Virus record (IMG/VR): IMGVR_UViG_3300020375_000001
Span: 96,001 to 160,000 of that record
Origin: a virus
Taxonomy: Duplodnaviria; Caudoviricetes
Strand: one strand, 5' to 3'
DNA length: 64,000 nt
The notes below the pieces were generated by a model. The model did no database searches, was not told the DNA's origin, and worked only from the letters and a program-made list of their open reading frames with translations. This document shows positions 18,485 through 27,642 of this stretch, piece after piece (position 1 is the stretch's first letter; the number at the start of each line of letters is the position of its first letter). A program made the translations under genes and the position numbers.

Positions 18485-18859
18485 TTATTCAGCACGTTTA
18501 GAAGGGTTTAGAAACTTAGAGTTTTTAACTAGGTGCTCCATATCATACTCTACATCTAATAATAGGGCAGTTTCCTGAACGGTCACGAAATAACTATCCT
18601 TATTACAAGTCATTCTCATTTGCGACTGTTCCTTATTTAAGCTGGGGTAGGTATCTGGGGTTGCGGTAAAACTTTTTACCTTACGCTTTAGGTCCAGATA
18701 TGTAACGTCAGCATATTCCATCAGCGTTTCAGTATCGGTAATTTTCTGATTATAGTTGTCACCTAGTCGCTGTTTTGAATCGACCCGGTTCATCCATAGC
18801 AACGCGGCCGCACCCATGGTGGACATCATGGTTTTAACCATCGTTAATGAATTAGTCAT
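18485..18859 (-). CDS. hypothetical protein, paralog of 18890-19303
   Basis: Shared MGA, DTETL and CN..Y..T.Q motifs. Confidence 0.65.
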   Translation of the reverse strand: MTNSLTMVKTMMSTMGAAALLWMNRVDSKQRLGDNYNQKITDTETLMEYADVTYLDLKRKVKSFTATPDTYPSLNKEQSQMRMTCNKDSYFVTVQETALLLDVEYDMEHLVKNSKFLNPSKRAE

Positions 18860-18889
18860 GATAAGTTCCTTATTTTTTATTCAGTGCGT

Positions 18890-19303
18890 TTAAACGGTTT
18901 CTATATCCCTTACGGACATTTTAAAAAAGCGTGAATGGTCCTTAGCATGTTCCAGGCAGATTTCTACCCCCACATCTTTAGCCAGTGCTTGTAGGGTAAG
19001 GAGATAGTTTCGAGTATTGCAGCGATGTTTCATGTCGACGTACGTTAAATGGTGATTGACATGCTCACCCGTTTGTTCCCGCTCAAATATTTTCTTACGC
19101 ATGGTAATGTACTGCTGGTCTAAAATGGAAACCAGTGTTTCTGTATCTACACGCCGTTCACTATAGATAAGTGGTTCTGACCCAGCGACCAATCGCTTGT
19201 GGTTATTGGAAAATATCTCATCTTTGGCCGACAAACGACTGCTGCTAATAAATGCCTTTGCGCCCATAACTAGCATGGAGTTCTCTACTACACTATCCAT
19301 CAT
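18890..19303 (-). CDS. hypothetical protein, paralog of 18485-18859
   Basis: As above. Confidence 0.65.
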   Translation of the reverse strand: MMDSVVENSMLVMGAKAFISSSRLSAKDEIFSNNHKRLVAGSEPLIYSERRVDTETLVSILDQQYITMRKKIFEREQTGEHVNHHLTYVDMKHRCNTRNYLLTLQALAKDVGVEICLEHAKDHSRFFKMSVRDIETV

Positions 19304-19370
19304 GCCCTCTTCAAATTTATAACTTGGTTTCTATAGTAGTAGGCTACTGTGTAGAAAAATAACTTTTTGT

Positions 19371-19799
19371 ATGACTGATAACTTGGAGAGGACCACTATG
19401 AACACAGTCGTTATTGGTAACATTGAGTTAATCGACTTACTAACTAAGGTTGATGGACTTAAGTTATATAAGCTAGCAAAAGAACATATAGATGACGACT
19501 TCCCACAGTACCCTGTACCGAAAGACACCGTCATCAACGGTGCATCTGTTCCTAAGTTCTTACGAGATATCATCTCACCCACTGGTGAGTTATTTAGGGC
19601 GTCCGTGCCTCATGATTACTTCTATACTACAAAAGTAATCAGTAGAAGAAAAGCGGATGCCATTTTTAGAAAGATAGTTTTGGATGACACGGGCGACTAC
19701 ATCCTTGCTTACGGAGCTTGGTTGGCACTTAGAGCTTGGGGCTGGAAGGCGTGGAGAAACGCAAAACAGATTGAACATCCTGAACTACTAATTGATTAA
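19371..19799 (+). CDS. DUF1353-family protein (start likely 19398)
   Basis: INGASVPKFL ... RASVPHDYFY ... RRKADAIFR pattern. Confidence 0.75.
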   Translation: MTDNLERTTMNTVVIGNIELIDLLTKVDGLKLYKLAKEHIDDDFPQYPVPKDTVINGASVPKFLRDIISPTGELFRASVPHDYFYTTKVISRRKADAIFRKIVLDDTGDYILAYGAWLALRAWGWKAWRNAKQIEHPELLID

Positions 19800-19810
19800 G
19801 GGGACAGGTT

Positions 19811-20350
19811 ATGTCTGAAACAATTGCTATTTGTTACCTTGATGATAAGGATAACGTTGTTGGACTGAAATACGACAATGGTATATTCAAGGTTAACGAA
19901 GGAACCCCTACGGAAAAAACCCTACCGTACCCCTATGAGCGTATCTTCCCTACAAATTTTCTGATAGTGGATAATGGCGCAGTGCGGGTCTATACCACTG
20001 AAGAACTGGCAATGCAGGGTAGGATAGAAGAAGCGGAAAGGGCCCGTAACAAGGCCATTAATGAACCCATTGTGGTACATGGTGAAATATGGAAAATGAA
20101 CCTACGGGACCGCAACAATATTCAAGACGGTATCGATGAAGCCGCTATGAATAATTTACCCGATGACTACAAGCAAGATTGGATTATGGCAGATGGGTCC
20201 ATATTTATTGCCACACCGTTAAAACTCAAACAAGTCCTAGCTGCTTATCGTCAACGTAAAAAGCAAATCTATGACCACTACATTGCGTGGTTAAGTGCTG
20301 GGGCAATTGAGGATTACCACTGCGATTGCAACAATGAATTCACGTATTAA
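19811..20350 (+). CDS. tail-fibre-associated DUF4376-like protein
   Basis: PIVVHGEIWKMNLRDRNNI ... DWIMADGS pattern. Confidence 0.55.
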   Translation: MSETIAICYLDDKDNVVGLKYDNGIFKVNEGTPTEKTLPYPYERIFPTNFLIVDNGAVRVYTTEELAMQGRIEEAERARNKAINEPIVVHGEIWKMNLRDRNNIQDGIDEAAMNNLPDDYKQDWIMADGSIFIATPLKLKQVLAAYRQRKKQIYDHYIAWLSAGAIEDYHCDCNNEFTY

Positions 20351-20360
20351 AGGATAGTCC

Positions 20361-20957
20361 ATGAGTACTCCTATTATAGTGAGACACGGTTTGGAGACAG
20401 ACCGTGCTAATTTTACTCCGGCTATCGGCGAATGGATTTTTGCCACGGATTCCAAGCGTAGTTACATGGGTGATGGTGTCACGCCGGGTGGATTAAATGT
20501 TGTCAAGAAACATTTTGACGTGGAAACTTTTGATGATATTGCCAACATTGGCTTTAGTCGTGATGGCGACACCTGTGACGTAACCGCTACCAATAAAGTA
20601 TACATTCGAGTCAATGGGACCTGGATTAATATCTATACTCCGGTAGAACCCGTCACGTGGAATCAACCGACACTAAATGCAGGTTGGACTAATTATGGTA
20701 ATGACACGTCGCCCGTTAGATATACTAAACGTGATAACGTAGTTTATCTTGAAGGTAGTTGTAGCCGGACTAACGAAGAAGATGTCATCTTCACACTACC
20801 TGTAGGTTATCGACCAGAGTACGATATCACCAATGTGGTTTTTGGGTTTAGTGGCGTTATGCGCATGGATATCCTTAACACTGGGGAAGTAACCCTGATA
20901 ACCAACGGTACCGTAGATTGGGTATCGTTTAACATTAGTTATATAGTTGGGGGGTAA
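20361..20957 (+). CDS. Mtd_N-like domain plus fibre-tip beta domain
   Basis: IIVRHG...FTPAIGEWIFATDSKRSYMGDGVTPGG; C-terminal WNQPTLNAGW...KRDNVVYLEG...FTLPVGYRP. Confidence 0.7.
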   Translation: MSTPIIVRHGLETDRANFTPAIGEWIFATDSKRSYMGDGVTPGGLNVVKKHFDVETFDDIANIGFSRDGDTCDVTATNKVYIRVNGTWINIYTPVEPVTWNQPTLNAGWTNYGNDTSPVRYTKRDNVVYLEGSCSRTNEEDVIFTLPVGYRPEYDITNVVFGFSGVMRMDILNTGEVTLITNGTVDWVSFNISYIVGG

Positions 20958-21594
20958 CATGGTTGAAACTAATGGTAATGTGTTTAGTCTGGGCGAGGCT
21001 TTCTCGTTTGCGATATCTGAGCACCCCGACACTATATTAGATGTCGGTATAACGGTTGTTGACCCCGTAACAATGAAACTTGTCGTTGGCGATGGCATTA
21101 CTAAAGGCGGCATCCCACCCAAAGGTAAAATCTGGAAAGTCCCTTCTTTAAATACTGCCTCTAAACGCAGATTTATAGTTGGAGACTATCTACTGGTAGA
21201 CGACGCCGACTATTATTACGTTGGTAGCGACGGTGTAGATAAAGTACTATTACGAGACGGTAGTAGTCTGATGGGTTGGAAAACCCTTACCCTTAATAGC
21301 GGGTGGCGTGAGAGTAACGATGCTGGCGGTGAACCTAGGGTCCGTAAAGATGGTAACCTAGTCACTATCGATGCAATGCTGGGTAAGGACAAGAAAAGTG
21401 AATACTCGCCTTTCCGATTACCTAGCTGGGCGCGACCCAATCGACTGATGTGCATGGTTATTGAATGTAATTATGGCTACGGCACTACGCCGTTGGTAGT
21501 TTATCCTGACGGGTGGGTTTATCCTTGGGCAATTGCCACCAGAAGTTGTAGTCGGGTATCTATACAACTAAGTTTCTGGGTAGAACCAAGTTAA
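20947..21594 (+). CDS. second Mtd_N-like/fibre-tip protein, paralog of 20361
   Basis: KLVVGDGITKGG; WKTLTLNSGW...RKDGNLVTID...FRLPSWARP. Confidence 0.65.
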   Translation: MGGNMVETNGNVFSLGEAFSFAISEHPDTILDVGITVVDPVTMKLVVGDGITKGGIPPKGKIWKVPSLNTASKRRFIVGDYLLVDDADYYYVGSDGVDKVLLRDGSSLMGWKTLTLNSGWRESNDAGGEPRVRKDGNLVTIDAMLGKDKKSEYSPFRLPSWARPNRLMCMVIECNYGYGTTPLVVYPDGWVYPWAIATRSCSRVSIQLSFWVEPS

Positions 21595-21643
21595 CAAAAA
21601 AAAATAAGGGAGGCCGAAGCCTCCCTTGCTTATGTCGTCTTTA

Positions 21644-22555
21644 CTATTCGCTAATGGTAGTAAACTTTTCAGGGAACAGCTTTTCTTCTACCTTAAAGTT
21701 CCAACGGTCACGAATAATGTGCTCTTCTATCGAACCCTTCGCTCGATTGGATAGCCAGATGTTAAACACAACCGGTTTACCTGTATCGTCACAGTTCTTA
21801 ACACAGTGTGAATCCAAGTTAGTGAAGTTGTCCGCATTTAGCATGGGGCAAAACACGTCTACTGGGTAGCTACCGTAGATGATTGTTTCGTACACGACAT
21901 CAGCCATAGCAAACCATTGCTTATAACAATGTCCGCCACCGATAACAATCAGGTCAGTTTCACTGTGCTCTTCCAACAGGGTAGGGATATCTGGATAATA
22001 ATAACCGTTACCCTCTGTACCATCAATTGGAGTCTTCTCACTTACGCTGGTGGTCAGTACTGCAAACTGGCGGTCAGGTAGCGGTGGGAGGCCTTCATAT
22101 GTCTCACGGCCAACTACCAGTAATGCTTTAGGGTTATGGGTAGTAACCGCTTTAAACCATTTCAGGTCGGTAGGGAAATCACGACCCCACGGTAAGTCAC
22201 CTTTGTGACCAATACCAAAGTTATGGGTACGCGCCCAAATTAACGAGATAACGCCCGCATGGCCATACTGGTCACGTAACATATTACGACTTGCATCCAA
22301 GTTGGCATTTTCCCACACCAGCTCAACCCATGCCGCTTCAATAAATGCTTCATGACCACACTCTTTACATTCATGGGGTATTAGTACTGGGTCAGTAGGA
22401 CTATTTCCCACACGTACTTTACGCTTAGTAGAGCGACGGTAAGAACCGTCTTCGCACTCATTACACAGTACGATGCGCCGTGTTGCTTTTACTGGTATCG
22501 ATACGGTGGTAACTTTATCATTACCAATGACCGGTATCTCAGTTGCTTCTGTCAT
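21644..22555 (-). CDS. folA: dihydrofolate reductase fused to an N-terminal zinc-ribbon domain
   Basis: GIGHKGDLPW..DLKWFKAVT, VGRETYE.LPPLPDR, VIGGG; the N-terminus has CNEC and CKEC. Confidence 0.88.
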   Translation of the reverse strand: MTEATEIPVIGNDKVTTVSIPVKATRRIVLCNECEDGSYRRSTKRKVRVGNSPTDPVLIPHECKECGHEAFIEAAWVELVWENANLDASRNMLRDQYGHAGVISLIWARTHNFGIGHKGDLPWGRDFPTDLKWFKAVTTHNPKALLVVGRETYEGLPPLPDRQFAVLTTSVSEKTPIDGTEGNGYYYPDIPTLLEEHSETDLIVIGGGHCYKQWFAMADVVYETIIYGSYPVDVFCPMLNADNFTNLDSHCVKNCDDTGKPVVFNIWLSNRAKGSIEEHIIRDRWNFKVEEKLFPEKFTTISE

Positions 22556-22564
22556 TATTGTCTC

Positions 22565-22852
22565 CTAATTAATCATTACACTTACGTACAACTCACGTAA
22601 TAGATGTAGTGCACTCATGGCCACTACAAAGATAGCTAGCCATGTCCAACCCGAACTGCCCTTTTCTTCTTCAGTCCACAATTGGGAACCGTCCCAGTCT
22701 TCAACGACCTCACGTTTACCTGTTGCGGTATTGAACAGATAAGGTTTGTCTTCCCAGCCAATACCGGTCGTGAAAAACATTTTCTTACAAGTTAGTTGCT
22801 CAGCATCATCAGGGACATTGCTTTCATTATTCCAATTCTCGATGTCGGACAT
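22565..22852 (-). CDS. small protein with C-terminal TM helix
   Basis: WTWLAIFVVAMSALHLL. Confidence 0.6.
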   Translation of the reverse strand: MSDIENWNNESNVPDDAEQLTCKKMFFTTGIGWEDKPYLFNTATGKREVVEDWDGSQLWTEEEKGSSGWTWLAIFVVAMSALHLLRELYVSVMIN

Positions 22853-22863
22853 GGTACTACTCT

Positions 22864-23787
22864 CTACGCACTAAATTTGTACTTAATTGGCCCTTGTGGT
22901 TTATACCCTGTTACCGCAAAGTGTTCAGGTGTCACCCACGTTTCAATATCTTCCAGTGTCTTCATTTCATCCGGTAGAATAAACTGGGGTTTCTGGTCGT
23001 CTGGTTTACGGGCCATATGAACCTTGAAGTTCTCCAGTTGGTCTTCGTAAACATGCGCATTTACCAGTTTGTGGAAAACCTTACCAGGCTTGTGTCCGGT
23101 GATGCGAGCCATAATGGCTAAGAAAGCATAACATTGAACCATGTTATAGTTCAAGCCCAGCGGCACGTCACAAGAACGCTGAGTGGCGTGTAGGTGTAGT
23201 GTACCGTTCAGTAAAGAAAACTGATACCCATACATACACGGACGTAGACATCCGAGGTGGTGTTCACCTGGGTTCCACATCATCAGTATCTCACCACGGT
23301 CATCAATGCCCATTTTCAGGTTATTGTACACCTTTCTTAACTGGTCAATGGTTTGGCGAGGACTAACTTCGTCCTTAGGAACAAAGCGGTCAGGAATAAT
23401 CCAACTACGTAACTGTTTACCGTAGGGACGACCCATATACGTTTCAGGTGGTTCTTTATCCTGGTTACCGGGAATAAGTTGATACACCAGTTTACGGAAC
23501 TTACTTTTAACCCAAGTAGGGGATGCCGCATTCTTCAACCACGTGCCCGTACCTAACGCTTTAAATAAAGAAGCGTCATCCAAGCCCCGAAGATATCCAA
23601 GAAGTTCTGCTACAGCACCTTCCCAGTTACTTTCACGGGTGGTGTCAATAGGAAACTCCCCTGCACCTACGTTATACGTAAGGTCGTGGTCAATGAGTGT
23701 GAGGCAATTTTTACCCGTGCGGTCATTAAAGGTAAATTCGCCTTCTGCTAGGATTCGCTGCCCCAGTTTATTATACTGTAACGACAT
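22864..23787 (-). CDS. thyA: thymidylate synthase
   Basis: DRTG, LRPCM catalytic Cys, QRSCDVPLGLNYN, NAHVYEDQ. Confidence 0.96.
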   Translation of the reverse strand: MSLQYNKLGQRILAEGEFTFNDRTGKNCLTLIDHDLTYNVGAGEFPIDTTRESNWEGAVAELLGYLRGLDDASLFKALGTGTWLKNAASPTWVKSKFRKLVYQLIPGNQDKEPPETYMGRPYGKQLRSWIIPDRFVPKDEVSPRQTIDQLRKVYNNLKMGIDDRGEILMMWNPGEHHLGCLRPCMYGYQFSLLNGTLHLHATQRSCDVPLGLNYNMVQCYAFLAIMARITGHKPGKVFHKLVNAHVYEDQLENFKVHMARKPDDQKPQFILPDEMKTLEDIETWVTPEHFAVTGYKPQGPIKYKFSA

Positions 23788-23821
23788 TTGATATTTCCTG
23801 TCTTACTTTAAAGATACTGGA

Positions 23822-23953
23822 CTACCACCAAAGTTGACAGCCCAGTGCGATAAGACCCACCACAACCAATACCCACACGCCCTTTGGTGGTGGAGGTGGA
23901 GGATTGGGTGAATTACGTGGTGAGTCTTTAAGTGCAGTGTACATGTGTACCAT
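23822..23953 (-). CDS. 43 aa polyproline + TM peptide (not in ORF track)
   Basis: GGAG SD; MVHMYTALKDSPRNSPNPPPPPPKGVWVLVVVGLIALGCQLWW*. Confidence 0.6.
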   Translation of the reverse strand: MVHMYTALKDSPRNSPNPPPPPPKGVWVLVVVGLIALGCQLWW

Positions 23954-23955
23954 AA

Positions 23956-24273
23956 CTAGTACTCCGCTTTGACTCCAGCGAGCCAGTCTATAAATTTTAC
24001 AATTCCAAAGAAGCCTGCCACTAAAACAGGGAAACCCACAAGCTTAATCAGTGAACCTTTAAACTCTTCTTTAGGCACACCTTCCAGACCTTGGTAAATT
24101 TCCATACCCGTATTAAGCGTCATGGCGGCGAGGAACAGGGAGATGACAAGCAGTACTCTTTTTGTGCTGTACCTAACATCTGAGCTACGTTGTCGTAATG
24201 TTCTTGGGTCCAGCATATTCATATCCGGCATTGCTTGTTCTACAGGGTTAATCTTAGGCATTGAATTGTTCAT
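23956..24273 (-). CDS. two-TM membrane protein
   Basis: Two hydrophobic helices; AGGAG SD. Confidence 0.65.
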   Translation of the reverse strand: MNNSMPKINPVEQAMPDMNMLDPRTLRQRSSDVRYSTKRVLLVISLFLAAMTLNTGMEIYQGLEGVPKEEFKGSLIKLVGFPVLVAGFFGIVKFIDWLAGVKAEY

Positions 24274-24296
24274 GATGTAATACTCCTTTTACGTAA

Positions 24297-24641
24297 TTAA
24301 CTTCTGCCGCTAGAGACAAAGCATAACAGTAAACCCATTAAAATCCACATCGCGGTATCTTCCCACGCCTCTGGCCTTTCAGCCAAGGGTAGTTCCATGA
24401 TGTTGTTGTATTGCCAAAAGCCGAGGCCTATGACAATAGTAAGTAACGCTAGAGCAACATACACGAAGCTGCGGTCAACACGGTCCCCAGAGCGGCGATT
24501 GCGTTTTGTTTCAGCACTGGTATCCCATACCCGGTCTTCTGGATGTGGGCGGGACATTGGCCAGCAACTGACCATCTTTGCATTTTCGGGTGAGTCAATG
24601 TCACCATAGGTGGTTGTAAGACTTGGTTTATTTTCTTCCAT
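24297..24641 (-). CDS. two-TM membrane protein
   Basis: Two hydrophobic helices. Confidence 0.65.
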   Translation of the reverse strand: MEENKPSLTTTYGDIDSPENAKMVSCWPMSRPHPEDRVWDTSAETKRNRRSGDRVDRSFVYVALALLTIVIGLGFWQYNNIMELPLAERPEAWEDTAMWILMGLLLCFVSSGRS

Positions 24642-24646
24642 TACAA

Positions 24647-25711
24647 TTACTCCCGCATTGCAATCACATCAACATGGTCGTCCACATCGATGTCTGTATA
24701 ATTAGCGTTGAGCAGGTAAGTCAATTTACGGATACTGTATTCCGTTTTGTTAACTACTACACACCCATCCAACAATGATGGTAACTCATTAAAAGAGTCA
24801 TCTTCGAATATCCCCGTCGGTCCCATGCCAAGGTAGATGACTGCCATGGCATTCTTGTCAAAGGAGACTGGGTTGTCCTGAGCATACAATCTCTCAGTAC
24901 CTTCACCCTTCACCGCATCGACAGCTAAGAAATAACTGTAAGTCTGTTTAGTTTCTTTTATCTTAAAGAAACCGGCACCGCCATGGTACCTGACTAAATC
25001 GCGAAGCGCATGGTAACCCTGTGTGTCAATCGGCACACCAGCTCTAGGCTGTAGTGTATGTGTACGAGATGTAATTGCTGCCTGACAAGAAGAGCATTTA
25101 CCACAAGAGAAAAGTATCCCACCTAATTTGGTGGTGGAATCACAGAAAGAGATGTTTTTCATTACATCGCCAATACCGAAGTCGGCACAAATGCCATGTA
25201 ACCACGGCACGATATCCTCTTTACTCATTTTGAGTAAGGGGAAAAATATCTTAGGTTGGGTTACTGACTCTTTGATGTTCCACGACGAAGCTTTCCATTG
25301 TCTAACGACATCATCGTTCATGGAAATGGTGTCGTCTGCTACTGCCCCGACGGCGATGTAATCGGTTTCTTTTGGTATTAGAAAAGACAGTAGCGATAAC
25401 CAAAAATGTTTTTGTGCGTACCTGATATTATTTGGCCACGCCGTGTCTCCGACAATACCCGGCATTGTAAACTTGGTAAACTTAATGTTTCTACCCAAGG
25501 CCGATACACCAATAATGTTTGACAAACGGGTTCTAGCCAACTCTTCATGGTTGGGATTAGGTAAGTTAATTCCATTGAGACTTACTGCAGTGACATTAGC
25601 CCCAGCGGCGGCTAAGCCTAAAAGGGCGGCGGTTGAATCTAATCCACCCGACCATGGGACTACTACGTTTTTACCTTTATACTTTCTAAGGTTACCTGGA
25701 TTCTTTTTCAT
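24647..25711 (-). CDS. QueC-like PP-loop ATP pyrophosphatase with C-terminal extension
   Basis: VVPWSGGLDST PP-loop; FC...CGKCSSC zinc site; PLLKMSKEDIV. Confidence 0.75.
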   Translation of the reverse strand: MKKNPGNLRKYKGKNVVVPWSGGLDSTAALLGLAAAGANVTAVSLNGINLPNPNHEELARTRLSNIIGVSALGRNIKFTKFTMPGIVGDTAWPNNIRYAQKHFWLSLLSFLIPKETDYIAVGAVADDTISMNDDVVRQWKASSWNIKESVTQPKIFFPLLKMSKEDIVPWLHGICADFGIGDVMKNISFCDSTTKLGGILFSCGKCSSCQAAITSRTHTLQPRAGVPIDTQGYHALRDLVRYHGGAGFFKIKETKQTYSYFLAVDAVKGEGTERLYAQDNPVSFDKNAMAVIYLGMGPTGIFEDDSFNELPSLLDGCVVVNKTEYSIRKLTYLLNANYTDIDVDDHVDVIAMRE

Positions 25712-26046
25712 CGGTCCCCGGCCTTAGGTGTTGATAGCTCATCAATAACTTTAGCCGATGACTCCAACGCTTCACGATTAATATTGGCTAAGGCTAAGCC
25801 CTCTGCACGATAGGCTGCGATGTCATTAATGAACTCTCTAACCAATCGTTTTTCCGTGGAGTCATTTAAGTTAAGTTCCAAACCTACCTGATTGCCAAAA
25901 GCTCCCTCATCCATGTTGGTTACGGTTATAGTGGCAAAATCACTATCGCCACCAACCTCTACCACCTCACGCATTTTCTCGCAGCTCTCAACGGACTGCT
26001 CCAGTTTTTTGAAATGGTCTTTTACCGCTTTTACTGCATAATTCAT
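25708..26046 (-). CDS. hypothetical protein
   Basis: 112 aa ORF overlapping both neighbours. Confidence 0.6.
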   Translation of the reverse strand: MNYAVKAVKDHFKKLEQSVESCEKMREVVEVGGDSDFATITVTNMDEGAFGNQVGLELNLNDSTEKRLVREFINDIAAYRAEGLALANINREALESSAKVIDELSTPKAGDR

Positions 26047-26537
26047 TATTGTTCATCCCGTTTGATAAATTGACGACAGGGAATACCCTTGTCTAATAGA
26101 AACTGCTTACCATCGTGTTTCTTGTAATCGTTTTCATCGGGTAAGCTATCGGCGTTACGTTGGAACTCATTTAAGTACCATACCTCTTTTATTCCCAGCA
26201 AGTACATGCTCTTTGCACATTCTAAGCAAGGGCCATGGGTAATAAAGACAATAGCACCCACGGTAGTGTGCCCTGTGCGGGACAACTTATCTAAAGAGTT
26301 ACGTTCAGCATGTACTACTTCAGGGCGGGTCTTGTTGGGCAAATGTGGGTGGTCGCATTCGTACTCACATTTATTATCGGACCCAGGTGGCATCCCGTTC
26401 CAACCTACGGAGATTAATCCGTTGCTGGTAACCAGAATACTACCAACCTTTCTTCTTTTAGCTACGGACTCCTGAGAGCATCGAATAGCCATATCCATAT
26501 ACAATGGAAAATATTTGGACTTATGTGGGTCAATCAT
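26046..26537 (-). CDS. dCMP deaminase
   Basis: GWNG, HAERN, PCLECAK zinc deaminase motifs. Confidence 0.93.
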   Translation of the reverse strand: MIDPHKSKYFPLYMDMAIRCSQESVAKRRKVGSILVTSNGLISVGWNGMPPGSDNKCEYECDHPHLPNKTRPEVVHAERNSLDKLSRTGHTTVGAIVFITHGPCLECAKSMYLLGIKEVWYLNEFQRNADSLPDENDYKKHDGKQFLLDKGIPCRQFIKRDEQ

Positions 26538-26813
26538 GGCAAAATAAAATAGGTTACGTGGTTCTATAAAATAGTTACTGAGCGTATTTTTTCATTAGAC
26601 GGCATAAAGCAGGGCAACTGCCCTACAAGACAAGACGAAAAAAAAAAGGGGCCCAAGGGAAGGGCCCCTAACGGGAGTGGAGGTCGCGAACCTCCTCGTG
26701 GACGCTACTGTGTCGTGCGAACCGCTTGAATAAAAAAGGAGAGAGGCACTAGTCCAGCTCTCCAAGGGGAACACTCAGAAAACACTCAAAGATAGCATTC
26801 CCAGGACACTTCG

Positions 26814-27563
26814 TTAACCGACCTTATCGAGTCTATACATTAAGTTCACTAAACGCGATACTTTATATTCGAATAAGTCAGAGGAGCTATATACCACCAA
26901 TGTTCCAGTTGGGTCACAGTTCTCAGAAGGGGAATAGATTCCAGTTGATATTGGAAAGCACTCCGGCTCTTCACGATTTTCAAGAGCTGCAATTTCGAAC
27001 GTGTCGTAGGCCGCTTGCATTACTGCGTCGCGGTCAAACGCTTTGTCCTTAGACATAAGAAGTTCATGCGGTGCTGGTTTGGTAAGTACGAAGTCAATAC
27101 CTTTATCCAGCAGCAGTTTCTTCAACCCTTTCCACAGCGGAAGTTCCGACATGAGATAGGTGTCGCTAGTGAGATGTGGCCAAAGGTCAGGTACATCAAT
27201 CAAAACCATTCCCACGTCGCACTGGGCAGCGTTAAGGTTATGTTCTAATAAATCTAGAAAACATTGTGCGGTACCGTATCCACCCGCCATCGTAGTGACG
27301 ATGTCAAACTGTACGTTGGTATTACCGCTGTACAAAGCGTCGATTATCGTAGTAAGGGTAGACTCACCGTCAAACACTAGTACACCCCGTTTATTAGACT
27401 GCTCGTTTAAACCTTTAGCAGCTTCTCTAACAAGATATCGTGAGAACAATGACTTACCACTGTGTACATGTGAATGTACAACGATACCCAGTGCACTGTC
27501 AGGATTTTCGACGGTGGCAAAAATTGGTTCGAGCTCAGACCCCTGAATTAATGACTTAATCAT
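26814..27563 (-). CDS. divergent RecA/DnaB-like P-loop protein
   Basis: HSGKS Walker A-like, VLVFDGE, MVLID Walker B-like. Confidence 0.45.
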   Translation of the reverse strand: MIKSLIQGSELEPIFATVENPDSALGIVVHSHVHSGKSLFSRYLVREAAKGLNEQSNKRGVLVFDGESTLTTIIDALYSGNTNVQFDIVTTMAGGYGTAQCFLDLLEHNLNAAQCDVGMVLIDVPDLWPHLTSDTYLMSELPLWKGLKKLLLDKGIDFVLTKPAPHELLMSKDKAFDRDAVMQAAYDTFEIAALENREEPECFPISTGIYSPSENCDPTGTLVVYSSSDLFEYKVSRLVNLMYRLDKVG

Positions 27564-27642
27564 TAAGTGATTCCTTTTATTTTGGTTTAATGTAAAAGAC
27601 TACCTTCACTCAAAAGATTATTTGAGTGTGTAATTTCTAGCG

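Noticed and set aside
20361-21594. Diversity-generating retroelement suggested by Mtd_N domains
   Set aside because: No reverse transcriptase and no template/variable repeat pair differing at adenines is visible in the window.
19320-21644. Invertible cassette (shufflon-like) explaining the opposite orientation
   Set aside because: No flanking inverted repeats or recombinase found.
26650-26735. tRNA gene
   Set aside because: Only a T-arm-like hairpin; no acceptor, D or anticodon stems can be built.
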